From: an uncultured delta proteobacterium | GTDB lineage: Bacteria; Desulfobacterota; Desulfobacteria; Desulfobacterales; JAFDCJ01 | Length of the DNA: 64,000 bases | Direction of reading: 5' to 3' | Assembly: GCA_963769935.1 (NCBI GenBank) | Contig: CAVYNY010000010.1 | Span: forward strand, 640,001-704,000 | Part shown: piece after piece, positions 47,848 through 62,389 of the stretch | Layout: each line of letters opens with the position of its first letter | How positions within the stretch are numbered: position 1 is the stretch's first letter | The notes under the pieces: generated by a model | Seen by the model: only the letters and a program-made list of their open reading frames with translations | What the model was told of the DNA's origin: nothing | Database searches by the model: none | Made by a program: the position numbers and the translations under genes

Positions 47848-48453
47848 CTATGATTTCTCGTCCAGCTCCGTGATCTTTTCCTTGATTCGGCCGATGATTT
47901 GTTGCGGCGATTCCCGGCTGAGAATCCATTGGAACTGAGCGCGGTAATTGCTTATCGCGTCAATCCCCATAACACTCAGATCGTACACTTTCCATTTCCC
48001 GCTGCGGTTTGTCATCCGCAGCTTTACCGGAACTTTCAAGTTTCGCCAGAGGACTTCGATTTCAACCAGGGCTTGGGAGTCACTGATCAGATGTTGCCCC
48101 AGATAGATCACCCTTTCATTGTTATATCGATGCTGCAGCTTTCCAAGGTAGAATTTACCGAGGAACTCGCCGAATACCCTCACAAATTCATCTCTCTGCT
48201 GCGGGCTGAATTTTTTCCAATAGGGCCCCAGTACTTTTCTGGAAAATTCCTTAAAATCATAGAATTCCAGCATAATTTTCCAGAGTTTTTGCTGCTGTTC
48301 CTTTTTACGGTCGGCATTCTGGAACCGGGGGTCCTCCAAAACGCGAATCGCCTGATCGATACCCTGCTGCAATGCTGCCAGGGGCTGCTGCCCGAAAGAC
48401 GGGGAAGGTGCTCCGGCAATTATCAGTAGGAGAATGAGCGCGGTCGTACGCAT
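47848..48453 (-). CDS. Second MlaC/Ttg2D family protein
   Basis: YDF.EFS..VLG..W, WKVYDL.V.G.....NYR.QF; signal peptide. Confidence 0.85.
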   Translation of the reverse strand: MRTTALILLLIIAGAPSPSFGQQPLAALQQGIDQAIRVLEDPRFQNADRKKEQQQKLWKIMLEFYDFKEFSRKVLGPYWKKFSPQQRDEFVRVFGEFLGKFYLGKLQHRYNNERVIYLGQHLISDSQALVEIEVLWRNLKVPVKLRMTNRSGKWKVYDLSVMGIDAISNYRAQFQWILSRESPQQIIGRIKEKITELDEKS

Positions 48454-48587
48454 TATCCAATCCAAGGAAAAGCTATTTCACTCGATTGATGATCTACGAC
48501 AGTAACATAGGATTGAATTGCAGCTCTAGCAAGATCGGAATAACTAATTGAAAACGGTTTTTACTCTGAACCTTTGAATCCCCTATT

Positions 48588-48622
48588 AAAAAAAGGCCGT
48601 CCGGTTTCCCGGGCGGCCTTTT
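48588..48622 (-). terminator. Rho-independent terminator after PFOR
   Basis: Minus strand GGCCGCCCGGGAAACCGGACGGCC followed by T7, about 30 nt past the stop. Confidence 0.85.
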
Positions 48623-48654
48623 CCCATTTCTGATTTTACTTTTTTAAAAAGACT

Positions 48655-52302
<3,648 letters not shown>

Positions 52303-53913
52303 CTATGTCAACAAATTTTCAAAAAAATCGTTGCCCTTGTCATCCACAATAATAAAAGCGGGAAAATCTTTGACGGTTATCATATAGATGGCTTCCATTC
52401 CCAGCTCGGGGAACTCGATTATTTCAACGCCGGTGATACATTCCCGGCCGAGCCGGGCCGCCGGACCGCCGATGGATCCCAGATAAAAACCGCCGTACGT
52501 CTTGCATGCATCCGTCACCAGTTTCGACCGGTTGCCTTTGGCCAGCATGACCAGGGAGCCTCCCCGGGCCTGAAAAACAGGCACATAGGGATCCATGCGG
52601 CCGGCTGTTGTCGGGCCGAAGGACCCGGACGGATAGCCGGCCGGGGTCTTGGCCGGACCGGCATAGTAGATGATGTGGTTTTTGAAATAATCCGGCAGCG
52701 CGTGGCCGGCATCCAGGCGCTCTTTCACCCTGGCATGGGCAATATCGCGGGCAACCACGATTTTCCCGGTTAAAAGCAGCGGCGTTGCAACCGGGTATTG
52801 GCCGAGCTGCTGCCGTATTTCACTCATCGGTCGGTTCAGATCGACACGCGCCGCCTGCCGGCCGGAAAGCTCAACCTGGGGAAGGTACCTGGCCGGATCG
52901 GTTTCCAGTTGTTCCAGGAAAATACCATCCCGGGTTATCTTGGCCTTGACATTGCGGTCGGCACTGCAGCTGACCCCCAGGCCGATGGGGCATGACGCGC
53001 CGTGACGCGGCAGTCGAATCACCCGGGTGTCCAGGCAAAAATATTTCCCGCCGAATTGCGCGCCGATGCCAAGCTCACGGGAAATTTTAAGGAGTTGGTC
53101 CTCCAGTTCCACATCCCGGAAGGCAGATCCGGATTCGCTGCCCTTGATCGGCAGATCGTCCAGGTATTTGGCGGTGGCCAGCTTCACAGTCTTCAGGTTG
53201 AATTCGGCCGAAGTTCCGCCGACGACAAAGGCCAGATGATAGGGCGGACAAGCGGCCGTCCCCAGGGTTTTCATCTTGTCTTTCATGAAATTCAGCAGCT
53301 TGGTCGGACTCAAAACGGCTTTGGTTTCCTGATAAAGGTAGGTCTTGTTGGCAGAACCGCCGCCTTTGGCGATGAATAAAAAGCGGTAGGCATCGCCGCC
53401 GGCGGCATAAAGTTCGATCTGGGCCGGCAGATTGCAGCCGGTATTTTGCTCCTCATACATGCTCAGCGGGGCATTCTGGGAATAGCGCAGATTACCCTTG
53501 GTGTAGGCATTATACACCCCTCTGGCAAGCGCTTCTTCATCCGAGAAATCGGTCCAGACCCGCTGGCCTTTTTTGCCGATGACAATGGCGGTACCCGTAT
53601 CCTGGCACATTGGGAAAACACGCTCGGCTGAAATGACGGCGTTTTTTATAAGCTCAAGCGCCACATAGCGGTCATTGGCAGAGCTGTCCGGATCATCGAA
53701 TATCCCGGCCAGCTGCTTCAGGTGCCCGGGCCTCAGCAAATGGGCAATATCGCCAAAAGCCTGTTCGGCCAGAGATGTCAAACCCCCCGCCGACACTTTA
53801 AGGATGTCCCGGCCCTCAAAAGTGGCGCCGGCTATATGATTTTTCGTGAGCAGACGATACGGAGCGGCATCGTCCGCCATGGGAAACATGTCCTGGTATG
53901 AAAAGTCAGTCAT
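52303..53913 (-). CDS. Class I (Fe-S) fumarate hydratase
   Basis: [60 protein letters not shown]. Confidence 0.95.
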   Translation of the reverse strand: MTDFSYQDMFPMADDAAPYRLLTKNHIAGATFEGRDILKVSAGGLTSLAEQAFGDIAHLLRPGHLKQLAGIFDDPDSSANDRYVALELIKNAVISAERVFPMCQDTGTAIVIGKKGQRVWTDFSDEEALARGVYNAYTKGNLRYSQNAPLSMYEEQNTGCNLPAQIELYAAGGDAYRFLFIAKGGGSANKTYLYQETKAVLSPTKLLNFMKDKMKTLGTAACPPYHLAFVVGGTSAEFNLKTVKLATAKYLDDLPIKGSESGSAFRDVELEDQLLKISRELGIGAQFGGKYFCLDTRVIRLPRHGASCPIGLGVSCSADRNVKAKITRDGIFLEQLETDPARYLPQVELSGRQAARVDLNRPMSEIRQQLGQYPVATPLLLTGKIVVARDIAHARVKERLDAGHALPDYFKNHIIYYAGPAKTPAGYPSGSFGPTTAGRMDPYVPVFQARGGSLVMLAKGNRSKLVTDACKTYGGFYLGSIGGPAARLGRECITGVEIIEFPELGMEAIYMITVKDFPAFIIVDDKGNDFFENLLT

Positions 53914-54062
53914 TATCCAATCTTCAGATGACGGGTGTTAATTTATCTCAAAAAGGTTGTAGATTAGCAACCAGCATCGGGAGTGTCAAGGAATTTTGGC
54001 GGCATCGTGGGTATTTCCGGCTAACGCTTAGCCTTGCATATATTCGTAACATTTTCAGAAAC

Positions 54063-54097
54063 AAAAAAGGCAGCGCGCTTGTGGCGCCCTGCCTTTT
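54063..54097 (-). terminator. Rho-independent terminator after the sHSP gene
   Basis: Plus strand AAAAAAGGCAGCGCGC-TTGTG-GCGCCCTGCCTTTT; hairpin followed by a T-run on the minus strand. Confidence 0.7.
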
Positions 54098-54122
54098 CGA
54101 TCTTACCCATCGGAGCGTAAGG

Positions 54123-54425
54123 CTACCCGATGCTGACCTGATGCGCATTCTCCATGGGATCTTTTAAGGGGACCGAGACCTTGAGAACGCCGTCATCATA
54201 TTTTGCTGAAGCAGCTTTGGCGTTCACCGGACAACAAAACGCAGCGGTGGTCACATAATCAAAGTCACTTCTGGGGGCAGTCAAACTGAAACTGTCATCG
54301 CGTATCTTCAGGTTGATATCTTCTTTTTTAACGCCCGGGATGCAAATTTCGAGATTCAAATTGTTGTTATCTTCATCCACGTAGGAGCACACCTCCGCGG
54401 CCATTTTGAATTTTTCGTCTGCCAT
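54123..54425 (-). CDS. Small heat shock protein (Hsp20), minimal alpha-crystallin domain
   Basis: [19 protein letters not shown], terminal V.I motif; GGAGG RBS. Confidence 0.88.
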   Translation of the reverse strand: MADEKFKMAAEVCSYVDEDNNNLNLEICIPGVKKEDINLKIRDDSFSLTAPRSDFDYVTTAAFCCPVNAKAASAKYDDGVLKVSVPLKDPMENAHQVSIG

Positions 54426-54701
54426 TTTATCATCACCTCCTGTGATTCGTCGGCTAATAATAACGTGAAATCATCCTCGCACAACCCTGTTTACCATTTT
54501 CAGGATTCACGGATTAATTTTTCCCTTCATTATGTTATGTTAATGCAAGATAGCAAAATGGCAAGCGGGACCATGGCACCATCCGAACAATAGACTATTG
54601 ACAAGCAGACCGAGGGTTTATTATGCAAATATTAAATATTTGAATACGGATACCAAGTGGTTTCCGGGCGCTTGATTTCCCGACCATGAAACGAGGCACC
54701 C

Positions 54702-56438
54702 ATGTCTTCATCTCCGAGCGAAAGGGCGCTTGCCAAACGAGGCGCAAGTGCAATTTACGAGGCCTTCAATACCTACCGTTTCCGGTTCAAAGAAATTACC
54801 CGGCGGGCGCAAATGCGGTTTAATAACCGTGACTGGCACGGCATGCGGTTGGATGCGGTTCAACGTCTGGATTTGTATCCCACCGCAGTGAACCGCATCG
54901 AAACAGAAATGCGCCGACTTCTTGCCGGTCGGGTCCAGGAAATTCAGATATGGACGGATATAAAAACGGCCTTCTCCGGCATGCTCGTTGGAAACGACGA
55001 CTGGGAACTGGCCGAAACATTCTTTAATTCAATTACGCGCCGCATCTTCGCAACCGTGGGGGTAGACGCCAAGATCGAGTTTGTCAACACTGACTTTGAA
55101 ACGCCCCCCAATCATACCGCCACAGAGGTTTATAACACCTGCCAGGATTCGAATTCGACCGCCGATTTAATCCGCCGGATTTTAAGCGGCTATCCATTGA
55201 CGGCGCCCTTTCAAAATGTTGCCTATGATGCAAACCAGGTGGCCGCCAGAATCGAAGATCATTTGAAACATATGGGGTCATCGGGACTCATCGACCGGAT
55301 CGAAATGGCCCGCAGCGTTTTTTTCCGGGGCATGGGAGCCTACCTCGTCGGTCGCATTTATGCCGGACCGCACCTGGTACCGCTGGCGATTGCACTGCTG
55401 AATTTGGCGGATGGCATTGCGGTCGATGCGGTGCTTTTTAATGAAGCAGATGTCAGCATTTTGTTTAGCTTCACCCGGTCTTACTTCCATGTTGAGGTTG
55501 AAAGGCCATACGATTTAATCCAATTTATCAGAACTATTTTGCCACATAAACGCATCGCCGAGCTTTATATCTCGATGGGATTCAACAAGCACGGCAAAAC
55601 CGAGTTGTACCGTGAACTGCTGAACCACCTTTCGGTTTGCTATGAAGACCGCTTCGAAATTTCCCCGGGCCGACCCGGCATGGTCATGATTGTATTCAAC
55701 ATGCCCAACGATGACCTCGTGTTTAAAGTGATACGGGACCGGTTCGACACGCCGAAAAGTACCAGTCGCCGGGAGGTGATGGAGAAATATGAAATGGTTT
55801 TCAGGCATGATCGGGCGGGTCGGCTGGTGGATGCCCAGGCATTCGAGCATTTAAAATTCGAGGCCTGCTGCTTTTCCGAGCAACTGTTGACGGAATTAAT
55901 GCAGACCGCAGGCAAAACGGTCCGCATCGAAAATGATCAAATTATCGTCAACCATGCATACGTTGAACGCCGGGTCGCCCCGCTGGATATTTACCTGGCT
56001 CGCGCTGAAACTGCGGAAGCCCAAAAAATCGTTGTCGAGTGGGGGTATGCCATCAAAGATTTGGCGGTCAGCAATATTTTTCCCGGCGATATTCTCCTTA
56101 AAAATTTTGGCGTAACCCGCCACGGCCGCGTGGTGTTCTACGACTACGATGAACTTTGTCCCTTGACAAGCTGTCATATCAGAAAATTACCGTTATCTTC
56201 CGGCTATGACGATGAGATGGCCTCGGAGCCGTGGTTTTATGTGGATGAAAACGATGTTTTCCCGGAAGAATTCCGCAAGTTTCTCGGGCTGCCCGAGCCA
56301 TTGCGGAAAGTGTTCCTGCAGCACCATGCCGATCTGCTGGAGGTTGATTTCTGGTTGCACGCTCAGCAGGCCATTCGGGCCGGCGAGTTGCCCCATATAT
56401 ATCCGTATGCCGCCGCTTGTCGGATAAAGCGGAGCTGA
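54702..56438 (+). CDS. aceK: Isocitrate dehydrogenase kinase/phosphatase
   Basis: ELAETFFNS..RRIF, LFSFTRSYF, KHGKTELYR, PG..GMVM.VF, HDRAGRL.D, NIFPGD.LLKNFGVTRHGRVVFYDYDE. Confidence 0.96.
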   Translation: MSSSPSERALAKRGASAIYEAFNTYRFRFKEITRRAQMRFNNRDWHGMRLDAVQRLDLYPTAVNRIETEMRRLLAGRVQEIQIWTDIKTAFSGMLVGNDDWELAETFFNSITRRIFATVGVDAKIEFVNTDFETPPNHTATEVYNTCQDSNSTADLIRRILSGYPLTAPFQNVAYDANQVAARIEDHLKHMGSSGLIDRIEMARSVFFRGMGAYLVGRIYAGPHLVPLAIALLNLADGIAVDAVLFNEADVSILFSFTRSYFHVEVERPYDLIQFIRTILPHKRIAELYISMGFNKHGKTELYRELLNHLSVCYEDRFEISPGRPGMVMIVFNMPNDDLVFKVIRDRFDTPKSTSRREVMEKYEMVFRHDRAGRLVDAQAFEHLKFEACCFSEQLLTELMQTAGKTVRIENDQIIVNHAYVERRVAPLDIYLARAETAEAQKIVVEWGYAIKDLAVSNIFPGDILLKNFGVTRHGRVVFYDYDELCPLTSCHIRKLPLSSGYDDEMASEPWFYVDENDVFPEEFRKFLGLPEPLRKVFLQHHADLLEVDFWLHAQQAIRAGELPHIYPYAAACRIKRS

Positions 56439-56464
56439 TTTTTCCGGACCCGGCGGCGGCCGCA

Positions 56465-56493
56465 TTGACTCGGCAGTAAATCGGTCTTAGTTT
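56465..56493 (+). promoter_or_regulatory. Possible sigma70 promoter for aceA
   Basis: TTGACT-N17-TAGTTT in the aceK-aceA spacer. Confidence 0.35.
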
Positions 56494-56563
56494 GTCAGAA
56501 ATTTAATTAATGCATCCTGCCTTTTTTAATTTAACAATTTCGATTGAATAAGGATGGAGTAAA

Positions 56564-57904
56564 ATGACCGCAACCATCGAAGATAAAGCCAAGGAACTGT
56601 GTGAAAAACTTTCGTGCCACGAAATCCGGCAGGACGAGGCCGCCTGCCTGAAGCAGGAATGGGATTGCGATCCCCGCTGGAAGGGAATCGAGCGCCCCTA
56701 CACGGCCGAAGATGTCCTGAAACTGCGCGGAACGTTGAAAATAGAATATACTTTCGCGGAGGCCGGCGCCCAGCGCCTGTGGCATCTGCTTAAAACCGAG
56801 GACTACATACCGGCCCTGGGTGCGATGACCGGCAACCAGGCCGTCCAGCAGGTGGAAGCCGGTCTCAAAGCTATTTATTTAAGCGGATGGCAGGTAGCAG
56901 CCGACGCGAATCTGGCCGGCGAGATGTATCCCGATCAGAGTCTTTATCCGGCCAACAGCGTTCCGGAGGTGGTCCGCAGAATCAACAAGGCCCTGCGCCG
57001 CGCGGATCAAATCCAGGTGCTGGACAGCCGGAAACAAGGCCCCTACTGGTTCGCACCGATTGTAGCCGATGCCGAAGCCGGTTTCGGCGGACCGCTGAAT
57101 GCCTTTGAGTTGATGAAACAGATGATAGATGCCGGTGCCGCCGGGGTTCATTTTGAAGATCAGCTGGCGTCGGCCAAAAAATGCGGCCATCTGGGGGGCA
57201 AAGTCCTTGTGCCCACCCGGGAGTTTATTACCAAACTGGTTTCCGCCCGCCTGGCGGCCGATATCTGCGGAGTTCCCACGGTACTGGTTGCGCGCACGGA
57301 CGCCGAGGCGGCCAGACTGATCACCAGTGACATCGACGAACGCGACCAACCGTTTCTGACCGGAGACGAGCGAACTTCCGAAGGATTCTTTTATATTAAA
57401 AATGGTGTCGAGACGGCCATCGCCCGCGGATTGGCTTACGCGCCGTATGCGGATCTGGTGTGGTGCGAATCATCCCGTCCCGATATGGCGCAGGCCAAAA
57501 AATTCGCCGAAGGCATCAAATCTCACTATCCGGATAAAATGCTGGCCTACAACTGCTCGCCGTCCTTTAACTGGAAAGGCAACCTGAGCGACGCCGATAT
57601 TGCAAAGTTTCAAAGAGAACTGGGAGCCATGGGATATAAATTCCAATTTGTCACCCTGGCAGGCTTCCATGCGCTCAATCTTGGCATGTTCGACCTTGCG
57701 CTCAGCTATAGAAAAGAGGGCATGCTGGCTTATTCCAAGTTTCAGCAGGAAGAGTTTGCCTTCGGCAAAGAGGACGGCTACATGGCCATCACCCATCAAA
57801 AGTTCGTCGGAACCGGCTACTTTGACCGCGTAATGAATTGTGTCACCGAAGGCGAAAGCTCGGTGGAGGCGCTGGAAGGCAGCACGGAAAAGGCTCAGTT
57901 CTAG
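56564..57904 (+). CDS. aceA: Isocitrate lyase
   Basis: [29 protein letters not shown], signature [34 protein letters not shown]. Confidence 0.98.
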   Translation: MTATIEDKAKELCEKLSCHEIRQDEAACLKQEWDCDPRWKGIERPYTAEDVLKLRGTLKIEYTFAEAGAQRLWHLLKTEDYIPALGAMTGNQAVQQVEAGLKAIYLSGWQVAADANLAGEMYPDQSLYPANSVPEVVRRINKALRRADQIQVLDSRKQGPYWFAPIVADAEAGFGGPLNAFELMKQMIDAGAAGVHFEDQLASAKKCGHLGGKVLVPTREFITKLVSARLAADICGVPTVLVARTDAEAARLITSDIDERDQPFLTGDERTSEGFFYIKNGVETAIARGLAYAPYADLVWCESSRPDMAQAKKFAEGIKSHYPDKMLAYNCSPSFNWKGNLSDADIAKFQRELGAMGYKFQFVTLAGFHALNLGMFDLALSYRKEGMLAYSKFQQEEFAFGKEDGYMAITHQKFVGTGYFDRVMNCVTEGESSVEALEGSTEKAQF

Positions 57905-57964
57905 GAATGACGAACGGCGGACGAATTAAGGCCTTCCAGCATTCATTTATGCGGTTATCAGACT

Positions 57965-58045
57965 GTCCTGACCATAAATAATCTCAACAATCATAACGAT
58001 CATAACCATCTAAACGCCCATAACCTTCAACACCATCTTAACCCG
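57965..58045. repeat. Nonamer tandem repeats
   Basis: AACAATCAT-AACGATCAT-AACCATCTA-AACGCCCAT-AACCTTCAA. Confidence 0.7.
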
Positions 58046-58078
58046 CTGGTGCCATATGATAGAAAAGGAAAGTAAACC

Positions 58079-59230
58079 ATGAACATCGCCGTGCCGAGAG
58101 AAGTTCATGCGGATGAAAATCGGGTTGCTCTGATCCCCGAACACGTCGCCAAACTGGCAAAGGCCGGTGCGGATGTTTCAGTTGAAGCCGGACTGGGGCA
58201 AACGCTGCGGTGTGCGGACGAAGAATACGTCAAGGCCGGCGCCGGTGTAACTGCAGACCGCGATGCGCTCTTGCGCAATGCCGATATGGTGCTGCGGATT
58301 CGCAAACCTGGTGCGGATGAAGTCGAACTGATGAAACAGGGCTGTGTTTACATCAGCCTGCTGGACCCCTTTAACGAACGTGATCTCATTGAAAGGTTCG
58401 TAGCCCGGGGGATTACTGCCATCAGCATGGAGATGATTCCGCGCATAACCCGCGCGCAGAAAATGGATGTTTTAAGTTCGCAGGCCAATCTGGCCGGCTA
58501 TGCAGCCGTCGTTTTGGCGGCCGAGCGCCTGGATAAAATCTTACCCATGATGATGACCCCGGCCGGTACGATTGCGCCGGCCCGCGTTTTTGTTATCGGC
58601 GTCGGGGTGGCCGGATTGCAGGCGATTGCCACCGCCAAACGCCTGGGTGCCAGAGTTGAAGCTTTTGACACCCGGCCGGTGGTGGAAGAGCAGGTAAAAT
58701 CTTTGGGAGCACGGTTTGTAAAAATCGACCTGGGTGAAACCGGCCAGACCAAAGACGGCTATGCCAAAGCCCTCACCGATGAACAGCTTCAGAAACAGCG
58801 TGCCGGCATGGCCAAGGTCTGTGCCTCCTCGGATATCGTTATCACGACGGCGCAGTTATTTGGCCGCAAGGCTCCGCTGATAGTCACCGGGGATATGGTC
58901 GCCGGCATGCAGAAAGGTTCCGTGATCGTCGATCTGGCCGTGGAAAGCGGCGGCAATGTAGCCGGATCTCAGGTCGGCCGGGAAGTTGAAGTCAGACGGT
59001 GTGCGCATCATCGGTCTGGCGAATCTGCCGGGAAGAGTCGCGGTCAACGCCAGTCAAATGTTTTCTTCGAATATGTACAATCTGGTGCAGGAATTCTGGA
59101 ATCACTGACGCAAAAGCGGTTCGAATTGAAATTCGAAGATGAAATTGCAAAAGGCTGCGTAATTACGCATCAGGGTGAAATTGTCAATGAAATGATTCGA
59201 AATCACTATACTGACAAGCAAGGGACTTAA
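58079..59230 (+). CDS. pntA: NAD(P) transhydrogenase alpha subunit part 1 (domain I), with a scrambled segment from compensating frameshifts
   Basis: E.RVAL.P, PRITRAQ.MDVLSSQANLAGY, G.GVAGLQAI.TA.RLGA, VDLA...GGN; the conserved DGVRIIGLANLPGRVAVNASQMFS is in the +1 frame from 58995. Confidence 0.92.
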   Translation: MNIAVPREVHADENRVALIPEHVAKLAKAGADVSVEAGLGQTLRCADEEYVKAGAGVTADRDALLRNADMVLRIRKPGADEVELMKQGCVYISLLDPFNERDLIERFVARGITAISMEMIPRITRAQKMDVLSSQANLAGYAAVVLAAERLDKILPMMMTPAGTIAPARVFVIGVGVAGLQAIATAKRLGARVEAFDTRPVVEEQVKSLGARFVKIDLGETGQTKDGYAKALTDEQLQKQRAGMAKVCASSDIVITTAQLFGRKAPLIVTGDMVAGMQKGSVIVDLAVESGGNVAGSQVGREVEVRRCAHHRSGESAGKSRGQRQSNVFFEYVQSGAGILESLTQKRFELKFEDEIAKGCVITHQGEIVNEMIRNHYTDKQGT

Positions 59231-59270
59231 AACTTTGAAGCGGCGTGCTATAAAAAAAGTAACCAACACG

Positions 59271-59406
59271 TTAAATGCCTAAAGTGCACTAAATTGCCTA
59301 AAATGCCTAAAATTAAACTGTCGTTTCACTCCATGGTGGAATAATTAAAACTGATCCGCCGCAGGCGAACCATCATTTTAGGCACTTTAGACATTTTAGG
59401 CATTTC
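59271..59406. repeat. Nonamer palindrome between the two pntA parts
   Basis: AAATGCCTA-type units (59273-59314) facing TTTTAGGCA-type units (59376-59405); AAAATGCCTAAAATT also occurs at ~1942. Confidence 0.85.
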
Positions 59407-59428
59407 ATAAAATAAAGGAGCAAAAGAT

Positions 59429-59719
59429 ATGTCAATCGGACTACTATTTTTCGTTTTTGTTCTGGCCATCTTTCTGGGGGTCGAGCTCATCAGCAAAGTG
59501 CCGTCCCAGTTGCACACGCCCTTGATGTCGGGCACCAATGCCATATCCGGTATTACCATTGTGGGTGCGCTGACCGCCACCGGCAGCAGCACTGACCTGC
59601 TGGGCACCATCCTGGGAACCATCGCTGTGATTTTCGCCACCATCAACGTGGTCGGCGGATATATGGTCACCAATCGCATGCTGGCAATGTTCAAGCGCAA
59701 AGACGGAGAAAGCAAATGA
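59429..59719 (+). CDS. pntA: NAD(P) transhydrogenase alpha subunit part 2 (membrane)
   Basis: KVP..LHTPLMSGTNAISG, INVVGG..VT.RML.MF. Confidence 0.95.
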   Translation: MSIGLLFFVFVLAIFLGVELISKVPSQLHTPLMSGTNAISGITIVGALTATGSSTDLLGTILGTIAVIFATINVVGGYMVTNRMLAMFKRKDGESK

Positions 59720-61104
59720 CGGATTACACCCCAGGCCTGGTAGACTTTGGCTACATTGTGGCGTCGATTCTCTTTATCCTCGGTATTAAGATGCTCGGCA
59801 AGCCGCAACGCGCCCGCATGGGAAACATGGTTTCAGCGCTGGGCATGCTGATTGCGGTGGTGGCCGTAATGTTTGAATGTTGCCTTTCTTTTGAATGGGT
59901 CGTTGTCGGCCTGATAATCGGCTCCCTGATCGGGGTGATAGCCGCCCGCAAGGTCCAAATGACGGGCATGCCCCAGATGGTAGCTGTCTTAAACGGCTTC
60001 GGCGGGATCGCGAGCTTGCTGGTCGGCTGGCAGAACTATCACAGTCAACCGGACAGCACCCTGTTTGTCAAGGTCGCGGTAATGCTTGCGGTGTTGATCG
60101 GCGGGGTCGCTTTTTCCGGCAGCATGGTGGCTTATGCCAAACTGGCGGGCCGAATCTCCGGTCGGCCTGTCCTGTTCAAAGGACTGCAATGGATCAACGC
60201 CGCGATTATCGTCATAATAATAGTCTGCGGTGTCTTCCTGGGCTATCATCCGACCGGGGTTAACTCTTACGTGGCGTTTGTCGTGATCATGGTCCTGTCG
60301 CTGACCCTGGGCGTATTCGGCGTTATTCCGATCGGCGGCGCAGACATGCCGGTGGTGATCGCCCTTTTAAACAGTTATTCCGGTATGGCGGCCTGTGCCG
60401 CTGGATTTATCATCTTAAACAACGTGCTGATCGTCGCCGGCTCCCTGGTGGGCGCCAGCGGCGTGATACTGACCGGCATTATGTGCAAGGCCATGAATCG
60501 TTCCCTGACCAACGTCCTGTTCGGCGGTCTGCATTCCGGCGGCGCCAAAGCAGGCCAGACCCAGGTCCAGGGTGAACCCAAACCCATCACCCCCGAAGAT
60601 GCCTATTACATTCTGGAGGCAGCCCGATCGGTGGTGATTGTGCCCGGATACGGCATGGCCGTAGCCCAGGCTCAGCACGCAGTACGTGAACTGGGAGAAA
60701 TCCTCGAAAAAAACGGAGCGGAGGTGCGCTATGCGATCCACCCCGTTGCCGGCCGCATGCCCGGCCACATGAACGTACTGCTGGCGGAAGCCAACGTACT
60801 CTATGAGCAGCTGGCTGAAATGGACGACGTCAATCCCATCATGGAAACGGTTGATGTCTGCATGGTCATCGGCGCCAACGATGTGGTCAATCCGGCTGCC
60901 CGCGAGATCGAGTCCAGCCCGATTTACGGCATGCCGATCATCAACGCGGACAAGGCCAAAACCGTCATGGTGCTCAAACGATCCATGGCGGCGGGTTTTG
61001 CCGGCGTTGACAACCCGCTCTTTGTCAAGGAAAATACGCGCATGCTGTTCGGCGATGCCAAAGCTACCGTGCAGCAGCTGGTATCCGAATTTAAGGAAAC
61101 CTAG
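59716..61104 (+). CDS. pntB: NAD(P) transhydrogenase beta subunit
   Basis: MT.MPQMVA, PIGGADMPVVI.LLNSYSG, VPGYGMAVAQAQH, HPVAGRMPGHMNVLLAEA, GANDVVNP. Confidence 0.97.
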   Translation: MTDYTPGLVDFGYIVASILFILGIKMLGKPQRARMGNMVSALGMLIAVVAVMFECCLSFEWVVVGLIIGSLIGVIAARKVQMTGMPQMVAVLNGFGGIASLLVGWQNYHSQPDSTLFVKVAVMLAVLIGGVAFSGSMVAYAKLAGRISGRPVLFKGLQWINAAIIVIIIVCGVFLGYHPTGVNSYVAFVVIMVLSLTLGVFGVIPIGGADMPVVIALLNSYSGMAACAAGFIILNNVLIVAGSLVGASGVILTGIMCKAMNRSLTNVLFGGLHSGGAKAGQTQVQGEPKPITPEDAYYILEAARSVVIVPGYGMAVAQAQHAVRELGEILEKNGAEVRYAIHPVAGRMPGHMNVLLAEANVLYEQLAEMDDVNPIMETVDVCMVIGANDVVNPAAREIESSPIYGMPIINADKAKTVMVLKRSMAAGFAGVDNPLFVKENTRMLFGDAKATVQQLVSEFKET

Positions 61105-61520
61105 TTTAAGCTGATAGCTCATAGCTTATAGCTCATAGTCGATAGTTGATAGCCGATAGCCGATAGCGAAAAGTAGAAGATATAAGGTTTCGCGAACTCG
61201 GAATTCGGTATCTATCGATTGCGGATTGGACGAAGCAGAGCGCATAGGGCAAAGCACAGAGCATAAAGATAGATGTTGATTAAGTTGATTGGGTCTATTG
61301 AGTTGATCAGGTTGACCGGGGTGAATAAGTTAACGGGATTAAATGGATATAACCCATTAAACTTAGTCATCCAATCAACCTAAACAGATAATCGACCAAG
61401 TAGAAGATCTCAACGATCCTAACGATCCAAACCAACACAACGATTAAAACGATCTCAACGATCCAGACGATCTAAACCATCTGACATCTAAACCACCAAA
61501 ACGATCTCAACAAACCAACC
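61105..61520. repeat. Large mosaic of heptamer and nonamer repeats with inverted arms
   Basis: GCTGATA/GCTCATA/GCCGATA heptamers x8 (61110-61167), GCAGAGC heptamers, GTTGAT units facing ATCAAC units, AACGATC.. nonamers (61411-61515). Confidence 0.85.
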
Positions 61521-61525
61521 CGGCT

Positions 61526-62287
61526 ATGCAAGAAAAAATTGCACAAATAGCGGCCAAAATTAAGGAAGGCGGCAAGAATGTTGTTTTCACCGGTGCCGGG
61601 ATATCGACCGAAAGCGGCATTCCGGATTTCCGCAGCCAGGGCGGGATCTGGGACAAATTCCGCCCGGTCTATTTTGAGGAATTCATGTCTTCGCGGGATG
61701 CCCGCCGGGAGTACTGGCGGCGCTGGGTGGCGCTTTACCAGGGTATCGTCCGGGCCAAACCGAACCCGGCCCACCGGGCACTGGCCGAATTGCACAACAT
61801 GGGCCTGCTGCAGGCGGTCGTCACTCAGAACGTCGACGGTCTGCATCAGCAATCGGGACTGCCTGACGAAAAAATTATCGAACTGCACGGCAACACCCGT
61901 CGCATTCGCTGCATGACCTGCCGGGAGATTTTCCCCGTCGCTGATATCCGGCAGCGATTAGAGGCGGGGGATACGGCACCGGAGTGTGATTGCGGCGGTT
62001 TTTTAAAGCCGGACACCATCTCCTTCGGCCAGGCTATGCCCGCCGCGGAAGTTGAAAAAGCTGCCGTCCTTTCCCGGGAAAGCGACTTTTTCATGGTGGT
62101 GGGCTCAACCCTGGTGGTCCAGCCGGCTGCCCACATGCCTTTTTTTGCCAAAAATAACGGCGCCTTTCTGGCCATCATCAATCTGTCGGAAACCCCGTGC
62201 GATGAAATGTGCGATGTGCTTATCCGGGAAAAAGCCGGGCAGGTGCTGCAGGAAATAATCGCCGCAGTGGCAGGCGCGGTTGATTGA
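61526..62287 (+). CDS. cobB: NAD-dependent protein deacylase (Sir2 family)
   Basis: FTGAGISTESGIPDFR, PN.AH, TQNVDGLH, ELHG, CxxC...CxC zinc site, VGSTL.V.PA. Confidence 0.93.
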   Translation: MQEKIAQIAAKIKEGGKNVVFTGAGISTESGIPDFRSQGGIWDKFRPVYFEEFMSSRDARREYWRRWVALYQGIVRAKPNPAHRALAELHNMGLLQAVVTQNVDGLHQQSGLPDEKIIELHGNTRRIRCMTCREIFPVADIRQRLEAGDTAPECDCGGFLKPDTISFGQAMPAAEVEKAAVLSRESDFFMVVGSTLVVQPAAHMPFFAKNNGAFLAIINLSETPCDEMCDVLIREKAGQVLQEIIAAVAGAVD

Positions 62288-62389
62288 GTTGATTGCGTTT
62301 GTTGCGTTTGTTGGGTTGATGGAGTATATTGAGTTCATTAGGTTGCTTGGGCCCTCATCGGGTTTATTCCGACAACAATTTTATGATTC

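Noticed and set aside
54598..54624. TTGACA-N15-TATTAT promoter for aceK
   Set aside because: The spacing is suboptimal; it is plausible but not strong enough to list
58079..59719. Split pntA as a disruption by the intervening repeat
   Set aside because: Two-part alpha subunits are a known natural architecture, and part 2 has its own AAGGAG RBS
61105..61520. Possible CRISPR array in the repeat-rich spacers
   Set aside because: Units are 7-9 nt, degenerate and contiguous; there are no 25-45 nt identical repeats with unique spacers and no cas genes
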